The position numbers and the translations under genes are program-made. The notes below the pieces were generated by a model that did not search any database, was not told where the DNA came from, and saw only the letters and a program-made list of their open reading frames with translations. From Cellvibrionales bacterium UBA3090 (lineage in GTDB: Bacteria > Pseudomonadota > Gammaproteobacteria > Pseudomonadales > Porticoccaceae): 45,787 nt of DNA. Positions 1 to 10,216 of the stretch are shown here, in pieces. The first letter of the stretch is position 1, and the number at the start of each line of letters is the position of its first letter. Where the stretch lies: assembly GCA_002367235.1 (NCBI GenBank), contig DFBC01000112.1, positions 1 to 45,787 of the forward strand, read 5' to 3'.

Positions 1-101
1 CTCAAGTCGAAACCACCTTATCCATCGAATAGATTCCCCATCGTTCTCTAACACCTAATTCCTCACTATGCCTCGTAACAAAACACGGGAGCAGTAGTGC
101 C

Positions 102-404
102 ATGTCACGCCATTTCTGGCAAATAAGCAGTCTTATTATTGGTCTTTTCATTGCGCCTGCAATGTATGCAGATGTGAATGGCGAGCGCGAAGTGCTGGCC
201 AGAATTATTCATGAACTGCAGGCAGTTGAGTCACTCATCGATAAAGCGCAAGCCCAGGCCGATAAAGATTCAAGAGTTCGATTCGAGTATCGCTGGTTAA
301 GCCAGGATCTTCATCAGATCAAAGACGGCATCCAATCCCATCTCAATTCACCTCGTGAACAGCCACGATCTTTCCCGCCTTTGCGCGGCGATTACCGTCG
401 CTAG
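102..404 (+). CDS. RAQPRD-family integrative conjugative element protein
   Basis: Signal peptide, RFEYRWLSQDL..IKDGI..HL..PREQPR and C-terminal PLRGDY motif; first gene of the tra operon. Confidence 0.9.
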   Translation: MSRHFWQISSLIIGLFIAPAMYADVNGEREVLARIIHELQAVESLIDKAQAQADKDSRVRFEYRWLSQDLHQIKDGIQSHLNSPREQPRSFPPLRGDYRR

Positions 405-413
405 GGATTCCGC

Positions 414-644
414 ATGACATCTGCTCAAAACACAGCCTTTCAAGCCGGATCAGGTGTTGCACCTGGCGCATTACTTACCGCTATTGCCGCGGTAGTGATG
501 GTTTTGGCCTTCGTCTGGGTTATCTGGGTCACCTTAGGCGTATTTCGTGCCTGGCAGGAGGGGCAAGCCTCGATACTGGATGTGGCGTGGGGCACTTTAA
601 GGGCCTGCATTGTGCTGATGGTTCTCGGTTTTTATTTACGGTGA
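414..644 (+). CDS. ICE membrane protein, TIGR03758/DUF3262 type
   Basis: MTSAQNTAFQAGSG start, two hydrophobic segments, position after RAQPRD gene. Confidence 0.85.
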   Translation: MTSAQNTAFQAGSGVAPGALLTAIAAVVMVLAFVWVIWVTLGVFRAWQEGQASILDVAWGTLRACIVLMVLGFYLR

Positions 645-742
645 GGCATCAAAAAATCCTTCATCGTGAATTGGAATTTTATTACGAAAACACACTGGGA
701 TTACTCCCGCTATTTTTCAATTTATGTAAAAGGGTAAAAATA

Positions 743-1117
743 ATGACTAATTTATTAGCGCAAAAAAGTACTGCAGGCCTCGCTCCAATGAAAAAAAGTA
801 TTTTAAGTTTTCTAACCCTCGCCGCTCCATTGCCTTTATGGGCAGCGCTACCAACACCCGTCGCACCCAGTACGGCACCTGCAGCTGGTGACTGGCTTGG
901 ATTGATTCAAGGCTATATCAAGGATGGGGGTCTGGTGTTGGGGCTGGCTATCGCCGTATTGGGTTTTCTCTGGATCGCCTATTTGGGTTTTGCCAAATTC
1001 AATGAAGCTCGGCAGGGCAAGGCCGAATGGGCGGAGGTTGGTGTGCTGGGCATTGTCGGTGCCATTGTGTTGATTTTCGCGAGTTACCTACTTACTGAAG
1101 CCGCTGGTGTTATCTAA
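743..1117 (+). CDS. ICE membrane protein, TIGR03745/DUF2976 type (pilin-like)
   Basis: Signal peptide ending WA-ALP, IQGYIKDG, two TM helices, GKAEWAEVG, LLTEAAGVI end; start ATG 743 or 788 rather than 587. Confidence 0.85.
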   Translation: MTNLLAQKSTAGLAPMKKSILSFLTLAAPLPLWAALPTPVAPSTAPAAGDWLGLIQGYIKDGGLVLGLAIAVLGFLWIAYLGFAKFNEARQGKAEWAEVGVLGIVGAIVLIFASYLLTEAAGVI

Positions 1118-1145
1118 GCGCGAAGTTATTTTCAGGGTACTCGAC

Positions 1146-1523
1146 ATGTCTCATAAACAGGAAATTATGGCGGATCGGCTTAATGCCGAACCCGCTATTT
1201 TCAGGGGCTGCTCTTCATCAGAGCTGGTCATGATCGTGGGTCTATCCATTTTAATCTGGCTGCCCTTGAGTCTTTTCTTTGCCTGGTTAATAGGCGCTGT
1301 GACCATGGGTTTTGGCCTTGCAGGTGTTGGTGTCGTCGCGACGGTAGTGGTTTGTGCGACAGTTTTCCAGCGGGTTAAACGTGGTCGTCCCGATGGCTAT
1401 TACCAACAGCAGATTCAAATTCGTTTGCATGAACTGGGGCTGCGACGCTCGCCATGGATACGCCGTGGTGGTGCCTGGGATATTGGGAGGACACGCCGTG
1501 CGCCGCTATCGCTACGAGATTGA
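1146..1523 (+). CDS. ICE conjugal transfer protein, TIGR03750/DUF3487 type
   Basis: ADRLNAEPAIFRG.SSSEL, two TMs, KRGRPDGY motif; ATG at 1146 preferred. Confidence 0.88.
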   Translation: MSHKQEIMADRLNAEPAIFRGCSSSELVMIVGLSILIWLPLSLFFAWLIGAVTMGFGLAGVGVVATVVVCATVFQRVKRGRPDGYYQQQIQIRLHELGLRRSPWIRRGGAWDIGRTRRAPLSLRD

Positions 1524-2157
1524 TAACGTCCGCTCTCATCTTCGTTCTCTGTGGCTTGTTATTGGTTTCCAGGTATTAGTAATCGCTGCCTTATGGATAG
1601 GTTGGAGTCAGTCGCCAAAAAGCCTACGGGTACATGTGCCACCGGATCTGCGATCTGGCGCCCTATTGTCAGTTGACGAAGTACCACCTGCCAATGTTTA
1701 TGCCTTTGCGTTTTATATTTTTCAGCAACTCAATCGTTGGCCGGATAACGGCGCTAATGATTATGGCAAAGCCATTTTTCGTATATCGCCTTACCTGACG
1801 CCCCGCTATCGCACTGATTTGATTGCCGACATGGATCTCAAGGCTCGGCGGGGTGAGCTCGCCTACCGCACTCGGGGTATGCATGAAGTGCCGGGACATG
1901 GCTTTGAAGAGCGTCGTGTCGATGTATTGGCGCCGGATGTCTGGGTGGTATGGCTGGATCTGGATTTACTGGAGTCCGTTAAGGGTATGACGGTTAAGCA
2001 AACCACAATCCGCTATCCCTTACGTATTGTGCGTCATGACATCGATCCTGAATCCAACCCCTGGGGCCTTGCGCTGGATGGCTTCGAAGGTGACGGCCCT
2101 CGTCGATTGAATGCCGACGAAATTACCGCAATAAATGACGCTAATAAAAAAGGTTAA
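1498..2157 (+). CDS. ICE protein, TIGR03746/DUF2895 type
   Basis: HVPPDLRSG, VYAFAFYIFQQLNRWP, NPWGLALD motifs; GTG at 1498 preceded by GGGAGG. Confidence 0.88.
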   Translation: MRRYRYEIDNVRSHLRSLWLVIGFQVLVIAALWIGWSQSPKSLRVHVPPDLRSGALLSVDEVPPANVYAFAFYIFQQLNRWPDNGANDYGKAIFRISPYLTPRYRTDLIADMDLKARRGELAYRTRGMHEVPGHGFEERRVDVLAPDVWVVWLDLDLLESVKGMTVKQTTIRYPLRIVRHDIDPESNPWGLALDGFEGDGPRRLNADEITAINDANKKG

Positions 2158-2162
2158 AGGTA

Positions 2163-2972
2163 ATGAAATCATCTAAACAGCGATGTTGGCAGCATGCCAT
2201 TTTAGTTTTTATTTTATGCCCACTAATGGTTCTTGCCGACAATAAAATCCTTGATACTGATGAGGCGATTGAGCGGGTTCTCTGGAAAAAGACACCGATC
2301 ACAGTGGATTTAATCGTTGGTCAGGAGCGCATGGTGCATTTTCCTGACTCGGTCAGTGTGGGCATTCCTCAATCATTGACGCCGATACTGCAAAGCCAAA
2401 GTATTAACGGAACGCTATACCTTACGGCTCAACAAGCCTTTGAATCGACCCGCGTGGTTGTACGTTCTGAGAAAGCTGAGTCTATCTACGTTCTCGATAT
2501 TTCTGCCAGAGAAAGTAGTTCACAAAATACCCACCTTTCGGCCTTGCAGGTTTTGATCGAGCATCCTTCAGAGGGTGAATCGACATCGGGCAGTGCGATG
2601 GTGTTGTCCCCTCAATGGGGTTACGTCGCCCTCACACGCTATGCCGCTCAACAACGTTATGCACCGGCAAGACTACTGCCGAACAAGCCTGACATCGTTC
2701 GTATGCCCGTTACACAGACATCGTTTGAGCTGCTGATGGGTGCGCAGGTCAATGCTGTTCCTGTGGCCGCTTGGCGAGCGGGTTTACGTACTGTCACTGC
2801 GGTTAAGTTGATTAATAAAACCCAGCAAGCACTTGTGCTCGATCCACGTCAGCTGCGTGGTGCCTGGCTCACCGCGACGTTTCAACACAACCGATTGTTG
2901 CCATCCGGTAATGATGCAGATTCCACTACCGTTTATCTGGTTTCCGATAGACCCTTTGAATCGTCACTGTGA
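2163..2972 (+). CDS. ICE protein, TIGR03749/DUF3438 type
   Basis: Signal peptide, L.VGQER, LTRYAAQ..YAP.RL, LDPRQLRG...ATFQH motifs. Confidence 0.88.
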   Translation: MKSSKQRCWQHAILVFILCPLMVLADNKILDTDEAIERVLWKKTPITVDLIVGQERMVHFPDSVSVGIPQSLTPILQSQSINGTLYLTAQQAFESTRVVVRSEKAESIYVLDISARESSSQNTHLSALQVLIEHPSEGESTSGSAMVLSPQWGYVALTRYAAQQRYAPARLLPNKPDIVRMPVTQTSFELLMGAQVNAVPVAAWRAGLRTVTAVKLINKTQQALVLDPRQLRGAWLTATFQHNRLLPSGNDADSTTVYLVSDRPFESSL

Positions 2973-2981
2973 GGGGTTGCT

Positions 2982-4433
2982 ATGTCGATGGTCAGTAGTA
3001 ATCGGCTCCTGCCTTTATTAGCGGGTGTGGTGATGGTGCTAATGGCATTTGTGGTCGTCCAATCGTGTTCTGAAGGGCAGGGCGATACCTCAGTACTGAC
3101 TGCAATTCCCCAGGCACCGGAACCGGATGCTGATACTCCCGCCGATACCATTAAAACCCTCACCGCCAATGTTAGCGCTATGACTACTGAGTCGAGAGCG
3201 CTGCGTCTGGATAACGCGGTATTAAAACAAGAAAATCAAAGCCTGTTAAATGACCGAAGCCAAATAGAAAACAATGTGTTTTCGCGTCTGCAAAAAACAA
3301 TGCAGGCGAAAGAACTGGCAAAAAATGAGGGAAATAATCACTCAAGTGATGCTTCGATGATGTCCGCGCTAACAGCGCGAGTTGATGCACTGGCGCAATC
3401 ACTCTCCGACCGGCAGCGCTATCTCGTCGAAGATTCCAATCCCTCTGATATACCGGTGGGCCTGGGTCTGGATGGATTAAGTTCATCGCCCCAGAGTGTG
3501 GAGACTCTGGTTTGGGTTGAATCACTCGAGAAAACGGTTGGCCCACCTGCTGAGGACGGGAATCTATTGAGCCGCTTTGGGCGCTCCACAAAGAGCGCTC
3601 TGACCACTGTCCAGCCTCGAGGAGAAGCTCTACTCAAGAGTGGAGCAAAGGCAATCAACAGCGCCATTCCTGTTTATACCGTGCCGCGCAATGCCACCTT
3701 GATCGGATCAACGGCTATGACGGCATTGGTAGGTCGAGTGCCGGTTCAGGGCCAGGTGCATGATCCCATGCCCTTCAAGGTGTTAGTGGGTAAGGATAAT
3801 CTGGCTGCCAATGGCCTCAGGATTCCGGGTCTACAGGGCATGGTGTGGAGTGGCACGGCCATTGGTGACTGGACTTTGTCTTGCGTGTCTGGACAGCTTG
3901 AATCCGTCACCTTTGTTTTTGAAGATGGCACGATACATACGATCTCCAGTGATGATGACGGCAGTGGTTCCAGTGGAACCGCCTCCCGAGGTGGCCAAGA
4001 AAAATCACTGGGCTGGATATCCGATGCCCGCGGTATTCCCTGTATTACTGGTGCGCGTAAAACGAATGCGCCTGCCTTTTTAACGCAGCGTATCGGTGCT
4101 TCGGCCATGGAAGCGGCGGCTAGTGCTGCCGCTCAGTCTGAGACCACAACCCTGTTGAGTGACTCCGGCACTGTCTCCAATACCGTCACCGGTCAAGCCG
4201 GAAAATACATTCTTGGTAAAACCCTGAGCGGTAGTAGTCAGGAAATTGCCGAATGGCTGCGGGAGCGTCAGGCGCAAAGCTTTGATGCCATATTTGTTCC
4301 CGCTGGTATTGAGTTGGCTATTCACGTTGACCATGAACTTCCCATCGATTTTCACACCAATGGCAGGAAACTTTATCATGCAAATTCCACAAATCTTTCA
4401 ACACGCCCTCGGCGTGTTCCCGGTCTTGATTAG
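2982..4433 (+). CDS. ICE protein, TIGR03752 type (TraB/VirB10-like)
   Basis: DADTPADTIKTL, coiled coil, PVYTVP.NATL.GS.AMTAL.GRVP, GDWTLSCV.G motifs. Confidence 0.9.
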   Translation: MSMVSSNRLLPLLAGVVMVLMAFVVVQSCSEGQGDTSVLTAIPQAPEPDADTPADTIKTLTANVSAMTTESRALRLDNAVLKQENQSLLNDRSQIENNVFSRLQKTMQAKELAKNEGNNHSSDASMMSALTARVDALAQSLSDRQRYLVEDSNPSDIPVGLGLDGLSSSPQSVETLVWVESLEKTVGPPAEDGNLLSRFGRSTKSALTTVQPRGEALLKSGAKAINSAIPVYTVPRNATLIGSTAMTALVGRVPVQGQVHDPMPFKVLVGKDNLAANGLRIPGLQGMVWSGTAIGDWTLSCVSGQLESVTFVFEDGTIHTISSDDDGSGSSGTASRGGQEKSLGWISDARGIPCITGARKTNAPAFLTQRIGASAMEAAASAAAQSETTTLLSDSGTVSNTVTGQAGKYILGKTLSGSSQEIAEWLRERQAQSFDAIFVPAGIELAIHVDHELPIDFHTNGRKLYHANSTNLSTRPRRVPGLD

Positions 4434-4857
4434 TCTGCTGATGATTGGCTGTGCCAGCTCTAAAGAATCTGTTCTGCCCCAGGATGGGCCGACAATGAAG
4501 GCCATTTACGATCAGCACATGGCCAATACCCGGCTGACAAATGAGAGCTCTCGAGCGACGCGGTCTTTACCGCAGGCCGGTATTGAACACTACGCGGGCT
4601 TTGTGAGAGAAGCCGCTAACGAAATCGATACAGTCTTTCCCCGCTTAGCAAACCCCACGCTGGTGATGTACATATTTCCCCATCTCTCCGGTGATGAGCG
4701 AAGCCCCGTACCAGGCTATGTCACCTCGTTTCCCTTCTATGAGAAAGTTGAGTATGCGCTTCCCGGTGAAGTACACAGTGGTTTGATAAAGGATGCTACC
4801 CGTGAGCCGCTGATTAAGCCGACGAAAATAGAAGCGGAGTCAATAAGGGATGAATAA
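4378..4857 (+). CDS. ICE conjugal transfer lipoprotein, TIGR03751 type (TraV-like)
   Basis: Lipobox-like MIGC, FPRLANP.LVMYIFPHL, PVPGY...FP.Y....YALPGE; ATG 4378 preferred. Confidence 0.88.
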   Translation: MQIPQIFQHALGVFPVLISLLMIGCASSKESVLPQDGPTMKAIYDQHMANTRLTNESSRATRSLPQAGIEHYAGFVREAANEIDTVFPRLANPTLVMYIFPHLSGDERSPVPGYVTSFPFYEKVEYALPGEVHSGLIKDATREPLIKPTKIEAESIRDE

Positions 4858-7597
4858 TAAACCCATGGACGACAGTGATTTTGATGATACCTCGTCACCT
4901 TTAATGACCGCACCGTTAACCACCGCAGCCGTAAAGCAATGCTATCAACGACCGGGATCCTTTACCGATTTACTGCCATGGGTGGAATACCATGGGGATA
5001 GCCAAACATTTTTATTGGACGATGGCATTAGCATGGGTGCCTTATTTGAAATCGAGCCCGTGGGCTGCGAAGCCCGAACACCTGCTTTTATGGCCCATCT
5101 GCGTGATGCTATACAAACAGCCATTAACGAAGCTTTACCAGAGCTCGATGATGCGCCCTGGATCCTTCAGGTCTATGTGCAGGATGAGCCCAGCCTTTCG
5201 GGTTTTGCACAATCGCTAGCGGACTACGCGCAACCGCGTGCAAGGCCGTCGGAATTTACCCGCCATTATCAATCGGTCATGTCTGCCCATCTCAAGGAAA
5301 TTTCCCGCAAGGGTGGATTGTTCGAAGATACCACGGTGACGGGTGCACGCTGGCAGGGCCAGATCCGACGCATCAGGGTGGTGCTTTATCGTCGCTTAAA
5401 ACCCCACAGCAGACTGCCCTCTGTGATTGAAGTGGAAGAAGACCTGAATGACGTAGCTGTTAAATGGATAGCCTCCCTTGCCTCAGCGGGTGTCAAAGCG
5501 CGTCGAGCGACAGGCAAAGCCTTTTATGAATGGATGGTGTGCTGGTTCAACCCTGATCCAGAAATGGCCCAAGGTGATACGGCAAAGTTACTTGAGCTGG
5601 CACCGTATCCAGGTGATGACCACTTGCCCTTTGGTTATGACTTTGCTGAACAGCTTACCTTGTCGTTACCACAATCGGATAAAGCCACCTCAAGCTGGTT
5701 GTTCGATAACCTGCCTCACACCATCGTTTCCATTCAGAGCTTACGGCGTCCCCCGGATGTCGGCCACTTCACCGCTGAGCGTCAGGTGGGCGATCAAGTG
5801 TTCTCGCTCTTTGACCGTTTGCCAGAGCACACTATCATGGCTTTGACCCTAACCATAAAACCTCAGGACACCACGCGTAATCATATCGCGCAAATCAAAC
5901 GCGCCTCGGTGGGCGATATGGCGGAAGCGATGATCACTCGTGAAGATGCCGAGCAAGTCGAGCGGGAAATGGCCCAGGGCAATAAATTGTATCCTTTGAG
6001 TATGGCTTTTTATCTGCGGGGAGAGAGTCAAAGAGGGCTGCGTAATAATATTAATCGTCTGAACGCACTGCTACTACCCAATGGCTTACAGCCGATTACT
6101 CGCGAAGCTGATCTATTAACGCTGGACAGCTACATACGTAATTTACCGATGGCCTATGATGTTGACCTGGATAAATCACGACGTCGTTCGCGTCTCGTGT
6201 TTTCCCGCCATACGGCTAACTTATTGCCGTTCTACGGACGTTCGCGGGGTACTGGGCATCCTGGCCTGGTGTTCTATAACCGGGGTGCAGAACCCCTGGT
6301 CTTTGATCCCTTGAATCAAGATGATCGTAAGAAGAATGCCCATATGTTAATCCTTGGGCCAACCGGTGCGGGTAAGTCAGCGTTACTGGTATACCTGCTG
6401 CAACAAATGATGGCCAATCACCACCCACGTATTTTTATTATTGAAGCCGGAGCCTCTTTTTCATTATTGGGTCAGCACTTTAAAGCCCACGGTTTATCGG
6501 TTAATCAAATCACCTTGAACCCTAATGTGGATGTGAGCCTGCCGCCTTTTGCCGATGCCTTGCGCCTGCTGGATAAGAAACAAGTATTTAATAAGGTGAC
6601 AGCCTCAGATGCTTTGCAAGATGCACCGTTGGAGGATGAAGAAGAATTAGACAGTGAAGCGGGTGGCCGAGATATTTTGGGTGAGATGGAAATTGCTGCA
6701 CGCATTATGATCACCGGCGGTGATGAGCGTGAAGATGCCAGGCTTACCCGTGCAGACCGATTGTTGATACGCAATGCTATTTTTCTCGCTGCAAAAACCG
6801 TAAAAGAAAACAAGCGCCCACAGGTTGTGACGGGTGATGTGGTCAAAGCGTTTCAGACTATTGCACGAGACAGTACATTGCCTGAGCACCGTCGTAATCG
6901 CGCTATTGAAATGGGTGACGGCATGGACTTATTTTGCTCAGGGTTGGCGGGCCACTTCTTTAATCGTCCGGGAAAACCTTGGCCGGAGGCTGATGTCACC
7001 ATCTTAGAAATGGGCATATTGGCAAGAGAAGGCTACGAAGATCAGTTGACCGTGGCCTACCTGTCCATGATGAGCCATATCAATGATCTGGTTGAACGGT
7101 ATCAGCACGATGAACGACCTACTTTGGTGGTGACCGATGAAGGCCACATCATTACCACCAACCCTTTGCTGGCTCGTTACGTCGTCAAAATAACCAAGAT
7201 GTGGCGCAAGCTGGGTGCCTGGTTCTGGATTGCCACTCAAAACCTGGAAGATTTCCCAGATGCCAGCCGCAAAATGCTCAATATGATGGAGTGGTGGCTC
7301 TGCCTGGTGATGCCTAAGGAAGAAGTGGAGCAGATTGCCCGTTTTAAAGACCTCAATGACGAGCAGCGTAATCTTTTACTTTCCGCACGCAAAGAGCCCG
7401 GTAAATACGTTGAAGGTGTGGTCTTGGCCGACAAGGTTGAGGCTCTGTTTCGTAATGTTCCGCCGCCCTTATCACTCGCACTGGCGATGACAGAAAAACA
7501 TGAAAAGGCTGAACGTGCAGCGATTATGCGTGAGAAAAACTGTTCGGAATTGGAAGCGGCTTATGAGATCGCTCGGCGCATTGAGCAGTCTCGATAA
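4850..7597 (+). CDS. traC: Conjugative transfer ATPase, TraC/VirB4-like (TIGR03744 type)
   Basis: Walker A GPTGAGKS, Walker B VVTDEGH, KMWRKLGAWFW.ATQ; 915 aa. Confidence 0.95.
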   Translation: MNNKPMDDSDFDDTSSPLMTAPLTTAAVKQCYQRPGSFTDLLPWVEYHGDSQTFLLDDGISMGALFEIEPVGCEARTPAFMAHLRDAIQTAINEALPELDDAPWILQVYVQDEPSLSGFAQSLADYAQPRARPSEFTRHYQSVMSAHLKEISRKGGLFEDTTVTGARWQGQIRRIRVVLYRRLKPHSRLPSVIEVEEDLNDVAVKWIASLASAGVKARRATGKAFYEWMVCWFNPDPEMAQGDTAKLLELAPYPGDDHLPFGYDFAEQLTLSLPQSDKATSSWLFDNLPHTIVSIQSLRRPPDVGHFTAERQVGDQVFSLFDRLPEHTIMALTLTIKPQDTTRNHIAQIKRASVGDMAEAMITREDAEQVEREMAQGNKLYPLSMAFYLRGESQRGLRNNINRLNALLLPNGLQPITREADLLTLDSYIRNLPMAYDVDLDKSRRRSRLVFSRHTANLLPFYGRSRGTGHPGLVFYNRGAEPLVFDPLNQDDRKKNAHMLILGPTGAGKSALLVYLLQQMMANHHPRIFIIEAGASFSLLGQHFKAHGLSVNQITLNPNVDVSLPPFADALRLLDKKQVFNKVTASDALQDAPLEDEEELDSEAGGRDILGEMEIAARIMITGGDEREDARLTRADRLLIRNAIFLAAKTVKENKRPQVVTGDVVKAFQTIARDSTLPEHRRNRAIEMGDGMDLFCSGLAGHFFNRPGKPWPEADVTILEMGILAREGYEDQLTVAYLSMMSHINDLVERYQHDERPTLVVTDEGHIITTNPLLARYVVKITKMWRKLGAWFWIATQNLEDFPDASRKMLNMMEWWLCLVMPKEEVEQIARFKDLNDEQRNLLLSARKEPGKYVEGVVLADKVEALFRNVPPPLSLALAMTEKHEKAERAAIMREKNCSELEAAYEIARRIEQSR

Positions 7598-7671
7598 AAT
7601 ACTCACTACCGAGGGTAGGGGCTGTGGTGACAACGATCCGCTTTCGTGTTGGTAAATGCTTTAAGCAGCAC

Positions 7672-7694
7672 GGCGATTATCGGCCCAAAGTGGA
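7672..7694 (-). repeat. Left copy of degenerate 23-bp inverted motif flanking the cargo cassette
   Basis: Minus strand reads TCCACTTTGGGCCGATAATCGCC; 13/23 identical without gaps to 12764-12786 on plus strand. Confidence 0.4.
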
Positions 7695-7840
7695 TTCCAT
7701 AGTTGAATTATGTTTCTAGGCTGATAAGATTTGGTCAATTGGTTGGAGTCCCGTCGAGTTGTAGGGAAGGCCAGTTTTTGATTATGGGGTTTGTTTAGCT
7801 TACTTAAGCACCTTTGCATGAATAAAAATGAGTGTTTCTT

Positions 7841-8905
7841 ATGAAAAGGATAATTCTTTGCTCTGATGGGACGTGGAATACCAGAGATATGGTGGATAAG
7901 AAGACCGGTCGCCGACATCCAACCAATGTCACCAAAGTAGCACGAGCCATCAAACCCACGGCTGACGATGGCACACCTCAAATTGTTTACTACTTGGAGG
8001 GGGTTGGCACCAATGGCCCGCTGGACACATTCACCGGGGGCGCCTTTGGAAAAGGCATTGAGCTGAACATCCTAAAGCTTTACCGGTTTATCGCGTATAA
8101 CTACGAAGTAGGTGATGAAATCTACCTATTTGGTTTTAGCCGAGGCGCATACACCGCTAGAAGCTTAGTCGGGTTCATGAATAAATTCGGTTTGGTTGAA
8201 AAGGATGATGATTATTTTGTGCCGGACATTTATACCTGTTACGAGAAAAGTAAAAGCGAAGGGTCCAAGGATTGGGAAAGAGCGTTTCACAAAGTTCAGG
8301 ATCATCAGCCTTGCCCGCCGATCAAGTTCATTGGTGTTTGGGATACGGTTGGCGCACTCGGCGCTCCGGGAGTGATCGGCCAGCTATTCAACAAGGGTAA
8401 ATATAAGTTTCATGATGTGGGCTTAAATGCTCATATTGAGAACGCGGCTCACGCACTGGCCATCGATGAGCGTCGAAAACCCTTTAAACCTTCAATTTGG
8501 AAACGACCACCAAACTGGCAAGGACAGCTGGAACAAGCTTGGTTTGCCGGGGTTCACAAGAATGTTGGGGGAAGTTATTCTCCCGATGGCTTGGCCAATG
8601 AACCATTGCACTGGATCATCGAGAGGGCGGAAAAGTTAGGCCTGGAGTTTGACAGCCATTACCTCTCATACTTTCGCGCCTGTTTTTACTCTGTATTAAA
8701 CGATTCTATGACCGTCCTCTACAAAGTAATGGGGCCATACGAGAGGCAAATCGGTCGGCACCTACCAGACAACGAAAGCGTCCACCAATCGGTTTTTGAT
8801 CGAATGGCGCTAGGCGAGTGTCATTACAAGCCCAGCAATGTTAAAAACTGTGAAGACATTCCCGTTGTTAATACAACTCGCATAGATAGAGGAGCGCCCT
8901 GCTAA
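7841..8905 (+). CDS. DUF2235 alpha/beta hydrolase (Tle1-like phospholipase fold)
   Basis: KRIILCSDGTWN, TNV, YLEGVG, nucleophile motif FGFSRGAYTAR, GVWDTV, HALAIDERR, WFAGVH.NVGG; no signal peptide. Confidence 0.93.
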   Translation: MKRIILCSDGTWNTRDMVDKKTGRRHPTNVTKVARAIKPTADDGTPQIVYYLEGVGTNGPLDTFTGGAFGKGIELNILKLYRFIAYNYEVGDEIYLFGFSRGAYTARSLVGFMNKFGLVEKDDDYFVPDIYTCYEKSKSEGSKDWERAFHKVQDHQPCPPIKFIGVWDTVGALGAPGVIGQLFNKGKYKFHDVGLNAHIENAAHALAIDERRKPFKPSIWKRPPNWQGQLEQAWFAGVHKNVGGSYSPDGLANEPLHWIIERAEKLGLEFDSHYLSYFRACFYSVLNDSMTVLYKVMGPYERQIGRHLPDNESVHQSVFDRMALGECHYKPSNVKNCEDIPVVNTTRIDRGAPC

Positions 8906-9040
8906 GCGTTAAAACCTTAATACAAAGAAAGCTTCGGATGAACAGCTATTTGATCCACGCTTGCGTGGCTAAAGGCCTTCTCATTATATGTACTATGCAG
9001 AGCGCACTTTTTCTCGATTAACCTATAACCGCATTAAAAC

Positions 9041-10216
9041 GTGATGGCAGACACTTACCTTATTCATAAAAATCAGGCGGCTCTGGATAGCGCTGCGCCA
9101 ACGACACATGCGATCATCATTGGCGTTGGTCATTACGCGCACCTACCAGGTGGAGAGGGCGAGCCAACCAGTAAGGATGGCGGCCTGAGCCAGCTTTCCT
9201 CACCTCCGGCTTCAGCAAGAAAATTTTGCGATTGGCTGCTCGATGAGTTCAATCATCCAGACAAGGACTTGGCTACAATATCGCTACTGCTCTCCGAGCC
9301 CGGCGGCAATGTTAGCTACGATCATCCTAATCTACACAAGCTTGATGATATTCCTGGTTCAGCTGTTCCCCCTGTCGCTAGTATCACTAATGTAAAAAAA
9401 GCAATCAGAGAGTGGAAACAATTCGGGGATAGGAATGAAAAGAACCTCATGCTGTTTTTCTTCTGTGGACACGGGGTCTCACAAGGCCTGGAGGGCATTA
9501 CCTTATTGCTCTCCGACTACGGCGAAGCCGAGGATTTTCCCATGGAAGGCGCTATCGATTTTCTTAATTTTTATCAAGGCATGCAGCAGTGCAAAGCATC
9601 GTATCAATGCTATTTCGTGGATGCCTGCCGTGTAGTGTCCGATATTGCCACACGTACAACCGAAACCGGTAACGCCATTATCCAAAATGACCGCAACCGG
9701 CCTTTTGATTCTGAATTTAATCTGGCGGTATTTTATTCAACCATCGGGGGGGAGAAAGCCTATGGCCGTAAAAATAAACCGAGTTACTTTACCGAAGAAT
9801 TGATTAAGGGGCTAGATGGTAAGGGCAGTCATAACCGAATAGCTGACGGGCGCTGGCGGGTAGAAACCCATGAGCTCAATGCTGCGATTCACCACGGCCT
9901 TTCGCTAAGAGGCGATAAAATTAAAAATCCTATCGCGTATATGTCTCAGTATGAAATACATTTTCCAAAGAGTGAACCCATCATTCCGGTGACTGTTTTT
10001 TGCGATCCGAAACAGGATAATGAAAACGCGTACTTGTCGGTCAGTGGCGGCGACAGCTTTAGTGATGAGCGGGCACCCTGTGCGGATGATTGGGAATTGA
10101 ATCTGCCTCACGGCCGGTATGATTTCGTTGCAAAAGTCGACACTCGGCGAGGAGATCGGGAGGGGGAGTATGTGTTTCCTCCTTACAGAGAAATCAGCAT
10201 AAAGGTGAAACTATGA
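9041..10216 (+). CDS. Caspase-family (peptidase C14) protease with C-terminal beta-rich extension
   Basis: HAIIIGVGHY, catalytic dyad FFFCGHG and YFVDACR, SYFTEELIKGL.G. Confidence 0.9.
   Translation: MMADTYLIHKNQAALDSAAPTTHAIIIGVGHYAHLPGGEGEPTSKDGGLSQLSSPPASARKFCDWLLDEFNHPDKDLATISLLLSEPGGNVSYDHPNLHKLDDIPGSAVPPVASITNVKKAIREWKQFGDRNEKNLMLFFFCGHGVSQGLEGITLLLSDYGEAEDFPMEGAIDFLNFYQGMQQCKASYQCYFVDACRVVSDIATRTTETGNAIIQNDRNRPFDSEFNLAVFYSTIGGEKAYGRKNKPSYFTEELIKGLDGKGSHNRIADGRWRVETHELNAAIHHGLSLRGDKIKNPIAYMSQYEIHFPKSEPIIPVTVFCDPKQDNENAYLSVSGGDSFSDERAPCADDWELNLPHGRYDFVAKVDTRRGDREGEYVFPPYREISIKVKL

Noticed and set aside
587-742. N-terminal extension of the 587-1117 ORF
   Set aside because: Overlaps the upstream gene and an AT-rich spacer; the signal peptide starts at 743 or 788
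7661-7981. 106-aa minus-strand ORF and similar overlapping short ORFs across the window
   Set aside because: Overlap well-supported genes and show no recognisable motifs
7841-8905. DUF2235 gene as evidence of a T6SS locus
   Set aside because: No T6SS structural, VgrG, PAAR or immunity genes nearby
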